A stretch of 64,000 nt of DNA from Utricularia gibba (lineage: Eukaryota > Plantae > Magnoliophyta): positions 1,054,001 to 1,118,000 of the forward strand of contig NEEC01000008.1 of NCBI GenBank assembly GCA_002189035.1, read 5' to 3'. The notes below the pieces were generated by a model, which did no database searches, had not been told where the DNA came from, and saw only the letters and a list, made by a program, of their open reading frames with translations. The first letter of the stretch is position 1, and every line of letters begins with the position of its first letter. This document shows positions 36,601-49,504 of the stretch, piece after piece. The position numbers and the translations under genes are program-made.

Positions 36601-38016
36601 TTACTTTATTTTTTGACGAAAGGCTGTCTTCATCCGTAAGATTACTCATGAATGCAACATTTTTCCAGAAAACAAGTTACTGCAGAAAAGCCAAGTCAAT
36701 TTGCAAAATAAGAAGAAGAGGTCGAATCAGAAGAAAATAACTGGTTTCCAGGTAAGTACCTTCATCTCATATTAAAGAGAACAAAAGAAATCTCTGTGAT
36801 TTGCCTCCCTTCCTGTTTTGCAGTTCTCTCCCGGAAGTGCTTCAGAGGTGATGATCACCTCCACAGATTCCAGAATCCGAGTTGTAGATGGTGTTGATCT
36901 TGTTCACAAATTTAAAGGTAAATTGATTCTGTTTCAGTTCTCCAGAATCACCTTCCTCTATTTACTATTGATGCTAGTCTATTTGTTACTGTCAATGCTT
37001 AAACCCTCTCTATTTTTTAGCATACGTACATTCCATGAGGTGAGTCTGTCATTGCCTTTTCCAATCGTAGGCCAGGGCTGTTTGGTTTATGCGGGGTGGA
37101 TTATACTTAAAGTCATTTGCTCAGTCCCCTTGCTTAAGGAAACTCATTTACTTTCTCATCACATGCCACGGATTCTTGTCTTCCTTATCCTGTCAGAAGA
37201 ATAAATAGGCCTTAGATTTTAGTTCACTTCAGTTGATAAAATATTAGGTATAGGGGCCAAGGGTTTATAGGTACTTTTCTTTTATGGAAAGAAGTTTATA
37301 GGTACATCATTCTGCATTATTTCTTTCCTGGTTTGGAAAAGGTCCATGTGCTATATTTGAAGAAGCTCTAGAGATAATATTTGATGCGTGGGTTTTTTTA
37401 GTATAGTGAGATGGATTATGCCTTGAGCCATGTTGTTTTGGGATCTTGAGCAGGATTTCGAAATACCAACAGCCAAATCTCAGCCTCAGTCACATCCAAC
37501 GGAAAATATGTGATATCCGCCAGTGAAGATTCATATGTTTACATTTGGAGACATGAGGTGGAATCTCAACCAAGTAGAAGTAGTAGAGTTGGAGTCACAC
37601 GGTCGTACGAAGCATTTCATTGTCAAGATGTTTCGGTGGCGATCCCATGGCCTGGAATATCCTGCCGTTGTCCGAATTCTGAATCAACAGCATTAGCATC
37701 AGCAGAATTGTATCACCAAAATATGGTTATTGATGAAGGTGATGAGAATGTCTCCCCTTTGGAGTCTGGGTGCACCAACAGCCCAGTGGATGATGGTGGT
37801 GGTGCGTCGTTATCAGTGGTATCAGCTGCTGCACCAAACAGTTTCCTGTTTGACAGAATCTCAGCTACATGGCCAGAGGAGAAGCTGGTCTCCAATACCA
37901 AGAACCATGGTTTCGACATCTCGAACAGATCGGCATGGGGTATGGTTATCGTCACAGCTGGTCGTAGAGGTGAAATTAAGACCTTCCAAAATTTTGGGTT
38001 GCCGGTTCGGACATAG
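33700..38016 (+). CDS. WDR44: WD repeat-containing protein 44-like (7 exons)
   Basis: [104 protein letters not shown], and the terminal [24 protein letters not shown]. Confidence 0.92.
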
Positions 38017-39560
38017 GATGGATCCAGGCCAAGGATACACACCTCACCACCTGACGGACCTATGAAGGAAGGAGTGTTGTTGTATACATAATGCAGGAGT
38101 ATGAAATGTTTCTTTCTTTCTTATTTCTTTTTTTCCCCTTCAATCTTTTGGGTTGCTAGCTGTGAAGTTCGTGAAACAAAGAACAAGAAAAGAAAGTGAG
38201 ATGGGGTTGATACCATTACCAGGGAGTTCAGAAACTTAGAAGGAAGTGTAAAGTAAGGGCCTTTTCCTTGTAATGTAACAGTAAAATTCTTTGCCGAGTT
38301 TGCTGTCCAGGAAATCTGTTACAGTTTACACTGTCCAAAGGAGTTTCAAAAGTCCAGAACAAATTCACTGTGTGATCTAGGAAAAGGACTAAGAGTGCAT
38401 TCATTCAGAGACCAGTACTATTCTGGGAATCCAAAACAGAGCATCTCCCCCTTTCTATTACACCTGTCTTGCTTCAACTGAGTCAATGAATTTCAAAAAC
38501 AACGATAATATTGCTTAGTGTGAAGCACCAAACACTCCAGAACCCAAAATTCTGCGCCGAGGCATCTTTTATTAGGCTCGGTCTATTTTTCACAAGCGAG
38601 GATGCATTCATACTGCTGTCTCTTGGTTCAGGGAAAGCACAACACATCTTCTTCTTTGGCTTTGAATAAGGTGAAGATGCAACACGGGGTTTCGTCCTTC
38701 CCTGATTGAAGCTGAGTTCAGAAGGAAACAGCTCTTTTTTTCAGGCCCACCACGATTGTTCACGACAATAAGTTGCAGGAGAAAGAACTCAGCATTATGT
38801 CAACAACCGTCTTCTGTAATGCAGTAAAAATCAAAGCCCAGAATCTCAATTTTTACATACAAAAACTGCCTGCACTTCTTTGCCTTCATAGAAGATCATC
38901 ATTCTGCCCTCAGGACATCAAATGCATTTGTTATTCAAAGAATGAGCATCACTTGGCAAGCATAAGCATTTCATCGAATGCCAAATTTGCATCCTCATAA
39001 CCCTAAAACTAAAGTACAAATTTTGAAAGACCCATCCTCGTTCTTCCTTCCTGCCCAAAGAACGGATCATCAGCTCATCTGTCCTCCCATATTCTTGCTC
39101 CTAGCATCGACATGCTACAGACAACTACCCACGTCACAAAACCAGCCGCAGACATGCAAAATGAGGGCCACCTCCAATAAGAGTGGAAATCACTTCATTG
39201 ATAAACTGCAACCAGAAAAAGCTTTCTTCTTTTGCCCTGAAGTATCGATAACAATCAATGAAAGACAGAACCAACACCCCCAAACGAAACCCATTTCCTC
39301 CTAACGAATGAATTCAGCAAGAAACAATCCCTACGCTATTACCAACTCCGGGATAAAGCACAACATGGGCAGAAAACACACAACTTTGATTGAGCTCTAA
39401 TCTCAACCTCGTAAATGGCCCGCAAAGTTTCGGGGTTTTCTTTGTATGAACAGTGCGCGGTTTTGGGGAATCGAATTTTATATACCCACTCATTTTGAGA
39501 GATTGCTCTGCTTTTCTTGGTAATAGTGCTTTGTTTGTACGTAAGCGAAGATTTACGATT

Positions 39561-39633
39561 GATCGAAGCCCTAATCTAAAGGCCCAAAACCGACTCATTG
39601 TTCATATAAAAGGTCAATGGTACGCTATAAATA
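39561..39633 (+). promoter_or_regulatory. Core promoter of the UBC gene (telo-box-like, site II, TATA)
   Basis: AAGCCCTAAT at about 39566-39575, GGCCCA at 39581-39586, TATAAATA at 39626-39633; about 150 nt upstream of ATG 39784. Confidence 0.45.
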
Positions 39634-39783
39634 CGGTCAAACATGAGTTGCAGTGAAGCGATCACAAGATCATTCAGAAGAAATCCGAAAGGCGCTGAGG
39701 GGAGGGGGAAGTTGGAATGGCAGTAAAGGTTAAACCTTGCTAGTACGATCTCTTGTTTTTGCTTCCGAAATAGTCATCAACCC

Positions 39784-42700
39784 ATGGAGTTTCCAGCGCA
39801 GGCCTCTGGTTACACAACACGCATGTCCAAGTAATTGCGCTGATTGTTTTTTTATGATTCTCGTACCATGTACGCATGTTTTACAATTGTCTCTTGCGAT
39901 CAGGAAAACGGCTTCTCGAACTGCAAGTTCTTCGTTGTGGGGCAATGATGTTGAGGTGTTCGAAACGCTGCCAGGAGATTTTGGCTCTTCTAAGCCCAAA
40001 CTATTCAAGCGGAAGGAGGTGAAAGAATGCATCTTTGTTGGTCCTCGTTCTTTGATCGTCATGATTTCTGGCTTGCTTAGATGAATTATTAGAATAGCGT
40101 TTTTCTTTCTCAATTATAAATCTTCAGTTTCATTCAGAGAAAGAGCCTCTTAGTGTGCATTTAACAGTTCATTCGCTCTAAAGATCAATGTGTAACTTGC
40201 TGTGACTATTGTGCCATATAATATTTTACCATGTGGGTATTTGCTGTTTGTAAATACTACCTGCTTGCTGTTTTGCTACTCTAAAGATGCTTTTCAGCTA
40301 TGTGCTGTTATTGCTTTTAGATTTTTGTTTATGTAGTCTTTACTAGGATGAATTTTGACCTTCCATCGGGAGGCATGCAGGTCCGTAGGCATGAAATTAT
40401 CAGCATTGATTCAGAAGAGGATACTGATGATGAACCACCATATAAAACGTATCTTGATGCATTCGAGAAAGGCAAGGTAATTGAAATTCTAGTGCTTCTT
40501 TTTATTAATGTGCTTGGAAAACTTTTGAGTAGTAATCTAATATTTAGGTTATAACGGTTCTTTTTCTGATACCTAGAAAACGAAGCAAAAGTATTTACCT
40601 GGTGAGACTTCATCAATCGAAAAAGCTGGAGGTGTCATGCTGACAACAGAAAATGGTGTATCTGGATCGCATGATTCAAGTGTTGTTGATGATACTTCGT
40701 CACTAAATTTCTTCAAGGAGGATGAATGGATGGATAACCATTATGAGGACATTCCATCTGATGATGATGATTATGCAAAATGGATTTTGTCACTTGAAAA
40801 TATAAATGCGCCTACAGGAATCGAGTTAGATTTTCCCTTGTTTACAAATTCTTCTGGAAAGCTACAGATTCAGGAAGCTTCTTCCGAGATGAAAATAGGA
40901 CCTCATTCATCTTTTGATACTTTCTCTGATGCCCAAAGTAAGTATTATTTGTCAAACCTTTTATTATGGTGCATTGTTTTTGGATTACGTCATTTCCCTG
41001 CCATGCCAGTGATGAAAATAGGACCTCAGTCATCTACTAATGTTTCCTCTCATGTCCAATGTATCTTATTTATCCAACCTTTTGGTATGCTCCATTTTAT
41101 TTTTTGGATGATGCAATTGTCTCTGCCTTGCCAGTGATGGCCCCTATGCCATTTCCAGAGGTTCCCAATGCTTCTTCCAAGATGAAAATAGGACCTAAGT
41201 CATCCAGTAATGCTTCCTCTGGTGTCCAAGGTATCTTATTTATCTAATATTTCATTGTGGTCCATTTCTTTTTGGATGAGACATCGTCACTCTCTTAACA
41301 GGGATGGTTCCTATGACCGCTCCATTTGCAAAGATTCCAGAAGTTTCTTCCCAGATGAAGACAGGATTTCAGACACTTGGAAGTGCTTTCTCTGGTGTCC
41401 AAAGTATGCATCTTATTTTTCCAGCCGTTTAGTATAGTACGTTGCTCTTTGGCTGATGCCATTTTCTATGTCATCCCAGAGGTGGAACCTATGACCCCTC
41501 CATCTCAATCACTCGCAGGGAAAGTTTCAAAGATGCTGCACAAACATTTTGATGCAGATACAAAAATTAAATACGCAAAACCTTATTTGAACCATTCTGA
41601 ATCCAGGAGTCAAGTCGCATTTCAGAATTGGGTGCAAAAGTCTCTGAAGAGTATGAATGAGGAATCCTCATGTGGAACCTCACCTTCAACCATTACTGAG
41701 AGCCAAAATATGGATTGCCCTGGTGGTTTTAAGAAATTTGCCACTGTAGAAGATTGCTCAGATCACCACTTCAAAAGGGAAACTGCAAAGCTGGTGTGCT
41801 TTGGATTCCATTCATTTCTCCATGTTCGTGTTTTTTAACCAATTTTTCTTTTGTTTTCATGATTTCATTTGTGCATTGTTGTTTAGAAACCTAAGCAGTG
41901 GGCCAAGAGAATACAAGAAGAGTGGAAGATTCTCCAGAATGATTTGCCTGGTAAGTTTGGACATTCTTTTAGTTTCACTTGCTGCATAGCACTGCACAAG
42001 AAGCATCATATAGATAATGTTCCTTCCATTTTCCTTCGGTTGCGTATTCAGTGGAGCTCAAAATCACAATGTCTTTTTTTGTGCATGATCTTTACACAGA
42101 GAAAATTTTTGTGAGGGCCTATGAATCAAGAATGGAACTTTTGAGGGCTGCCATAATAGGAGCAGAAGGAACACCATACCATGATGGACTGTTCTTCTTT
42201 GATGTTCTTTTCACCGATGATTATCCGAATTCACCCCCGGTAGGTTTCCGACTACGATACATTGATTCTCAGTTTCAGAAGATGAATTCATGAGAAGTGT
42301 GTAGTTCTGATACCCAATATGTGGCTTTGCATCATTTTTCAGTGCATCATAAGCTTTCTGGCTTATGAATTGGTTCAGTTCCCCTACTTTGAGCTTGTTA
42401 ACTTGGCTCCCCTTTTGTCTACTGTTCGACAGGTGGTGCATTACCACTCCAGCGGCCTTCGAATCAATCCAAATCTGTATGCCGATGGGAAGGTATGTTT
42501 AAGCCTTCTCCACACCTGGTCTGGTGACCAACAGGAGAAGTGGATTCCTGGAGTCTCAACCATGCTGCAAGTCCTGGTCTCCATCCAAGCGTTGGTTTTG
42601 AATGCAAAGCCCTACTTTAACGAGCCTGGCTATGCCTTTTCGGAAGGTTCTCCAAATGGAGAACAGAGTTCTTTAGCATACAACGAAAACACATTTGTCT

Positions 42701-43138
42701 ACTCACTGAAAACCATGGTTTACAGCATGCAAAGGCCACCACAGGTACGAGTGTTCTAACCTTGCAGGAGGTGAGGCATGCACAGGCATATATGACTGAT
42801 CCCATCTTCGTGGCTGGCAGCATTTCGAAGAGCTGGTTGTCGCGCATTTCCGCGAGCGTGCTCATCAAGTCCTCCTCTCTTGCAAAGCATACTTGGAAGG
42901 GGCCCATGTAGGAAGTATTGTTGAAGGTGGCATTCAGGATGTTGATGAAGGGAACAAGGGCTGCTCAATGCATTTCAAGACAAGCCTGTCCAAGTATCTT
43001 CAGACTCTGCTGTCCTCATTCATGAGAATTGGAGTCAGGGACTGTGAGCAGTTCATGAACTTAAGCCTCCGAACAGTAGGTATTAAACCACAGCAGCAGA
43101 TGGAAACCAGGGCTCAACAGAACACAACCTCTGGCTGA
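39784..43138 (+). CDS. UBC25: Probable ubiquitin-conjugating enzyme E2, UBC23-26 group (UBC25-like), with an internal repeated-exon array
   Basis: Exons 39784-39830, 39904-40018 (DVEVF..SSKPK..KRKE) and 40381-40476 (HEIISID). Catalytic domain KQWAKRIQEEWKILQNDLP, IFVRAYESRMELLRAAIIGAEGTPYHDGLFFFD, RINPNLYADGKVCLSLL.TW (Cys present), PYFNEPGY. Confidence 0.9.
40870..41479 (+). repeat. Four tandem exon+intron units within the UBC gene
   Basis: Repeated coding core tcttcc(g/a/c)agatgaa(a/g)a(t/c)agga. Two introns start with the identical 14-mer GTATCTTATTTATC, and two acceptors end ccatgccag/ccttgccag. Confidence 0.9.
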
Positions 43139-43417
43139 CCTCCGAAGACATCCATCCAGGACTGCTGAAAAGCATCTGAGCATCTGTTAACAATAAAACT
43201 TGTGAATATTTTGGATTTTGAATTCTATTCGAGTTTGAGGTTTTTACCTGTATATGAAATATTCTAATAAAAAAAGAGTTCAGCTTTTAAGAGAAAATGT
43301 GAGTGAGCCTTCAATGTGCAGGAACGGAGTTTGGCTCCTGCAGGTAATGTGGCCACTGAACTCCCATCACAAGATGCTGTACAACTCAAGTTCTTCCTAT
43401 AAACAAAAAGAGGACGA

Positions 43418-46258
43418 TCAACTAAAAAAACTCTCCTTGTTCCTGGCCGTTGATCTGTGCCGCCTGCGTGAGCTTGGTTTCTTTTCCCTTCCTCGATGAA
43501 CGACAGTTGTTCTCGGCGGACTCTGGTGGCGAGAAGTCAAGGTTACATGGGGTGGATGGGTTTTCCTTGCGGTAGCAGGAAGCATGCGAGTTAGAGCTTT
43601 TTCAATCATCACGTCTCGGTGATACTCCTGGTTTTCAAGATACATGTGATGCATCCAGCTCAATAAGAAAAATTAGGCAACAAAAAAAATAATGAGTGAA
43701 CATACCTGCTTGACAAAAGATCGTCGCTCACAATCAAGAAACATGTTTGCTCTCCAGATAACCTGGGAATGTATTTTATCTCTGACGGTCGAAAAGCTCA
43801 GTTGATCCCTTGAAGTGAATCGATCAACTTCATTGAACCATAGGCAGCTGAAAAGATTGGTGATGGGAACGTGCTCCCTTATTAGTACGCACCCTTCAGG
43901 GACATCTGCAGAAAATTCAAGGAGACTATAATGCATGGACCAAGGGTGGAGCCGACATAACATTTCTGTATTTACCACTAGTTATGGGAAGCTTGGCTTC
44001 AGTGTACGGGGTTAAGCCCTCCTTTGTATAGAACTCGATTTGGTGATCTATAGAAGCATTCATGTACTTCCCTCCAGCTTTATTCGCCTCAGCTTCTTCA
44101 AATACATTAAAGCGTGTGTAGTGCCTCGATATCGCAAAAGATGCATTCTGGCGCCATAAGAACCTTGACAGAGGCATCCATGGAGTCAGAAAAGTAAATT
44201 AAAGCATTGTGGCACAAAGTTTTGAGGGTGGATGTGCATACCTCTCAAGAATCTGGTAAGGATCTACAAGAAGCTGAAGTTTCGCGTCAATCCAAATAGA
44301 ATAACGTGTATTGGGAAAGAGTCTATGCAGTAAGAGCTTTGGTACCTGTTATACAGAGTTGATTAGACAAACTATCAAGCTAATGAGCCTTTAAGAAGTG
44401 TGACAAGGATACGAACCTTCCCATTTCGTCTAGCATCCACGTAGGGAAGATTGTCTACGACTATAATTCTCCATAACCCAACATGCATATCACTCCCCAA
44501 GAGGCTGGAATTTCTCAAATAATTCTCAGTCTCTTCATCTACAAACATGAAAAAAGGTATACGTCTTTTGGAAAATTCACTAACATTCTCTGGCTGATGA
44601 ATCTCATCGTAATTTCCTGAAAAGGCAAGTAACAGAACAGAAGGATAAGGATACACATAAGGGGCTAGAGCCCTAGACATCTATTTGAATTGTGGGGGAA
44701 TCTGCTTTGTTGTTCTAATTGACCATCCCGCAGATGAAAACCCATGCCCCACAAAATCATGAAATAGATTCCCAAACAGTAAAGAAAGCCCTTACAACTC
44801 CGTCAACTATATATCATCAAAAGTACAACAGATTTCACATTATGATCCCTCTTTTGGCTTCCCCAGCATCTCCATGACCAACAATAGATGGAGATAAAAT
44901 GAGGGGTTGAGACATCCGATAGGTTAACTGCTTGACTATTCAACATAAATCTGTAGTTCACAAATTAAATTTTATTAACCTCAAAAAATCAGGCCTACCG
45001 AATATAGCAGATGCAACAATTGTGTTGTGGAACTGCTCCAGCATCTCATGATCGGCCATGTCAATGTCAAATCCAGTTTTATGACCAGGTTTGCATCCCT
45101 TGACAAATCTGACAATCGGGATAAATTTTCATTCCATCTAAAATGGACATAACATGCAGGAAGTGATTTCTACCTACCCACAATGGATTTTCATAACCTC
45201 TTTGATCTTAAAAGAGTCGTTTCTCATTTTCAAGGAAGGATAACCACCAAAATTTGAACCGCCACCAAATTGCAATGTGCCGCCAATCATTTCATTTCTA
45301 GTTGGATTGTTCTCGGAGTAATAACTTAAATGCTGAAGAATCTGAGATGGTGGTGGAATTTTGGGCATATGAGCCATCGCTTCCTCAACTGGGACATAGC
45401 AAACTGGACATGCTGTGACATAATATGTAATCGGGTTGTGTCAGTAAATGAGAAGAAAGTGGCGTACAGTTGTTTAGAAACAACTAAAAATGCACCGTAG
45501 AAACTGAGATCTGCAACAAGATACCAGACCTAATATGGGCAAGAATAGAACTTACGCCGTGGACCAACTCCGCGTGTTGTGGCCGGAATTACTGGATACG
45601 CAAATTTCTGACATGAATGATGAGCCAAAGCAGATGTAACACTATACGTCTCACCATTTGGTGATGCATTAAAAAATGTTTCCCAACCAAGTGTGTCGCA
45701 TACAGCAACCTTGTTCACATATTTATATTCAAGCTGCAACTCTGAGTCTTGGATATCATCTTCTGCTCAAAAGGAAAAAGTTTTAAGCAAACATCATGAC
45801 CATACAAAAAAGCGCATCCCAAGTACCCAGAGCACAAAATAAGCAGCATCCAGATGCATCAAATGAAGAGCGCATCAAAATTTTCCAGGCAAATCATTTA
45901 TCAAACGCATAAGAATGGACCAAAGTAAGAACAGTGAGTTTAAAGCAGCACACCACATGGGAAGGAGAAATAAGGATAAACAGAAAGGTGCATCTGTCGA
46001 ACCTTTATATACAGTAAAGAATCCTGTTGTGAATGTCAATAGAATAGCAACTAAAATCAGCATCCCAATTTTCTTTCTGCTAAGATATCTTAGAGCAGAC
46101 GTAAATGATCTTTCCTTTTCTCGATATAGCGGTAGAGAAGTTTTTGAAGGCCTACGAGGCAGGAAGGCATGATGATGGTTAAGCCCACCATTCTCCAGTT
46201 CTTGTTCCAAGGAACTAAAGCTTCCAGAGAGCCTTATACCCAGTGAGCCTCCAATCAT
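43418..46258 (-). CDS. DUF616 family hexosyltransferase (MUCI70/TOD1-like)
   Basis: MIGGSLGIRLSGSFSSLEQ..RKKIGML, PCPVCYVPVEEAM, FGGYPSL..RNDSF.IKE.M.IHCGFVKG, ASAIFGNYD, VPKLLLHRLFPN.RYSIWIDAKL, FAISRHY, LFSCLWFNEVDRFTSRDQLSF, NMFLDCERR.FVKQ. Confidence 0.92.
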
Positions 46259-49200
46259 TGTGTACCCCACTTCTCAAACTTGTACTCCAACACTTGTCCC
46301 ATGAAGTTCTTCTTTCAACTGCAGATAAATCAATCATATCCTCAACGATCAACACCCTAAGGACCCCATAATCCACCGAGCTAAACCAACAGGTTGATAT
46401 CTATAGTAGACTAAAGTCATCGGTGAATAGCTATTTTGCTTCAATTTCTTTAGATAAAAAAATGAATCAATGCTTCTAGGCATTCATATTACCTATACAG
46501 AGATTTTCAGAACTCTCCCAATTTCACTAAATCCGAGGCACACAACTTCAAGCGAAGAACTCCTGGCTGGAAAACAACCAGAACAAACGCACATTACCGC
46601 TTTTTCATAGCGACAAACCGAATTTCAAACACTGACAAATCGTAATTCAGGATCATCAAAAAACGCACCTCCCGAACACAAAATCAAATCCCGACCAATA
46701 AAACGAATCAGAAACACCGATAAAATCTCACTACAGCGATGCTGCATTACATGGTTCTGCCGGTAGTTGAATTCCCTACAAAAAAAACAATAATCGACGG
46801 GATCGGATAAGGATATCAGAATCAGTCACTTGCTCCGTTCCACTCCCGGAATCTCCAAGGAGTTATCTCTCCCAATTTTCTAAAAACAAAAAAAAAAGAA
46901 TTGGAAAATTCCTCCAATAGGCGCTGTGACATTCAATGAAGTCGATATCCAAGATTCTCAATGCGCCGCCAAATTAGCACCCCTAATCTAGATTAATGTT
47001 ATTTTATTCTTTTTTTAAAAAATAAAATAAAAAATAAAGCAACTCCAGCATTATCAAAATTAGAACAATCACAAATAAAAAGACTAGGAGTCAATCTGAA
47101 TCTGTTTTAGAATTTGATTTTAACACTTAACAATTCGGCTTGCCAATTTTTTCTGTTGACTAGAATGAAAAAATACAGAATCATTTTTAGTTAATCAATT
47201 CAACAAAATTGAAAAATTAAAGATCTCTTCTATAAGCATAATTTAATGAAATGATTCTGTTTAATTTTTAAAAATTTTAATCTTTAGGTATTTTATAGTA
47301 AAATAAAAAATTCAAATTTTGTTATTAATTTAATAAATTTTTAAAATTTTAAAGATATGTTTTACTTATTAAATAAAAAATAATTATAAAAATTAGAGCA
47401 TTTAATTTTTATTTAATTTTAAAACACATATATATCATAATATTAAATTATATAATGATTTTAATATATTAAATTTATAATACATAATTTATTTTATTAA
47501 TTTTGAATTATAATTTTATATTATCTTACAAAAAAATTATAATTTTAAATTAATTTTTATTTATTTAAAAGAATATGATTCAAAAAATATATAAGTATCT
47601 TATAAGACTATTTTCATTGAAAATAATAACATAAAATCATAAAAATTAAATATTCGAAATGAACAATATCTAAATAGATTGTTAGATTTTTTTAATTTTA
47701 AAATTGATTTCACTTTAAATAATATTAGTTACAAATTCAAAATACATAATATATCCTAATTATTTGTATTACTATAAATGAAATAAATTATTTCATTAAC
47801 TAGTTAAATAAGATTTATGAATCAATTATCAAATACAAATTAAATGTTTTCTTTTTAAATTATAAAATAAAGTTCTAGAGCACTATTTCAATTAATAATT
47901 TTAATAAAAAATGTACTTTGAGTTTAAAAAATCTAGTAACTATAACTATGTTTGTAAAACGGCTTATTTTCTTAAATAATCAATTATTAGGTTAAGAATT
48001 ACTTATCTCATCTAAACATATACTCAATTCTTATGTTAGGAATAAATTTTGAGAATTAATTTATAAATATATCTTTTTTAAAATAAATACTAATATTTTA
48101 TAATATTATTTTATTTAAATAATTTATTTAATTATTATAATTTTAATATAAATATATTTAAACTATTATAATAATATGAAATATAAAATATTTATTCATA
48201 TAATATTTTATAGTCTAAAATATTTATAAATTTTGAATTAAAATATTAGTAAATATGTCATTTAAAATTTTCAGCATATTAAAATTTTAATTTTTTCTAT
48301 AATAACTTATGGAGTAATTTTTTCAGAGGTTATCCATATTTCTAATTTATTAAATGAATTGTATTAATATTAATGTTAAGTATATATGAAATACACATTA
48401 TTTATGACCATATTATTATTTTTCTATTAAATAAAAAACAGTTATAATTATGGCACTGTACTTAATTTCATATTATTATAATCTATTACTTATATTCTTA
48501 AGGGAGTGAAGGTTGAAGATGGGATAGGTTTACATGGCGGGCGTTAAGATGTAGGCCGTTTTCAGTTGGTTGCGAGACATTGTGCATCTCAGATATGGAT
48601 GCAAGTTGCGGTCAAGATTCCTTGATCTCAGTGGGAAAAGAATTGTGCGATGGGTGATTTCTGCGTAAGTCTACTGTTTCTTCCCATTTGTTTCTTGTTT
48701 CTGTTCTTATGAAGCTACCTGCTTATCATCGCCGCCATGTAAAAAATTTATGGATATTCAGTAAGCGCCGGAGCTTGAGCTTGAGGTTGAGAGTGAGCCA
48801 CGTCTCGGTATTTTGAGTGGCCGTGAGTGGCGGCAAGCTGGAAAAATGATTAGGGCTTTTGACGAAAATGGCGATGGGGGAACAGAAATACTTGTGCTGC
48901 CTTGGTTTTTTTTTTTTTTTAATGTCATTGGAGACTGCGTGGTGATAGACTGCTGCTGTGTCCGTTTTATGGCCTCTTGTTATCAAGTTGTTCCTTTTTC
49001 ACTGGGGTGTGTCGGGAAATTGTGAGGCTGCGGGCTTCCACCCAGGAAACAAATATATTACAAAATGTCTGGGGATGCTGTGTTTCTGAGACGATAGAAA
49101 TTAGTATCTCTTTGTGTGGGTAGTAGTCGCTCACCCTCTGTACCTTCTCCGCTTCACTGTTGCTCTTTCCCTTCTTTTTTCAATTTCCCACCTCCTTATC

Positions 49201-49504
49201 TGTTCCTTGCTTCCGAATGAGGTTTTGAAGGCTATGATAATAATTGTTCTTGCTTGTTCTTTGGTGGGTTAGTTTAAGGGTACATGCTTGAATTTTGAAG
49301 GACTCTTGTGGTGATTTTTAGGTGTTTGTATGATCAACAGCTCGTGGGTGTCAGGATATCACAGTCTTTTTCTATCGCGGCTTTTTGTGGTGATACATAA
49401 TCATAGGTTTGGCGGTTCGGTAGTAGAAAAAAATCCCGTGTTGGTCTGATTTCTTATGTTTTTGTGCATGCGCTTGAATCCATGGCAGGGATTGTTGGGT
49501 AGTC

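Noticed and set aside
47038-48500. 1.4-kb extremely A+T-rich tract starting with a Tourist-like AGCAACTCCA
   Set aside because: No matching opposite TIR or TSD found; ordinary low-complexity spacer between divergent promoters.
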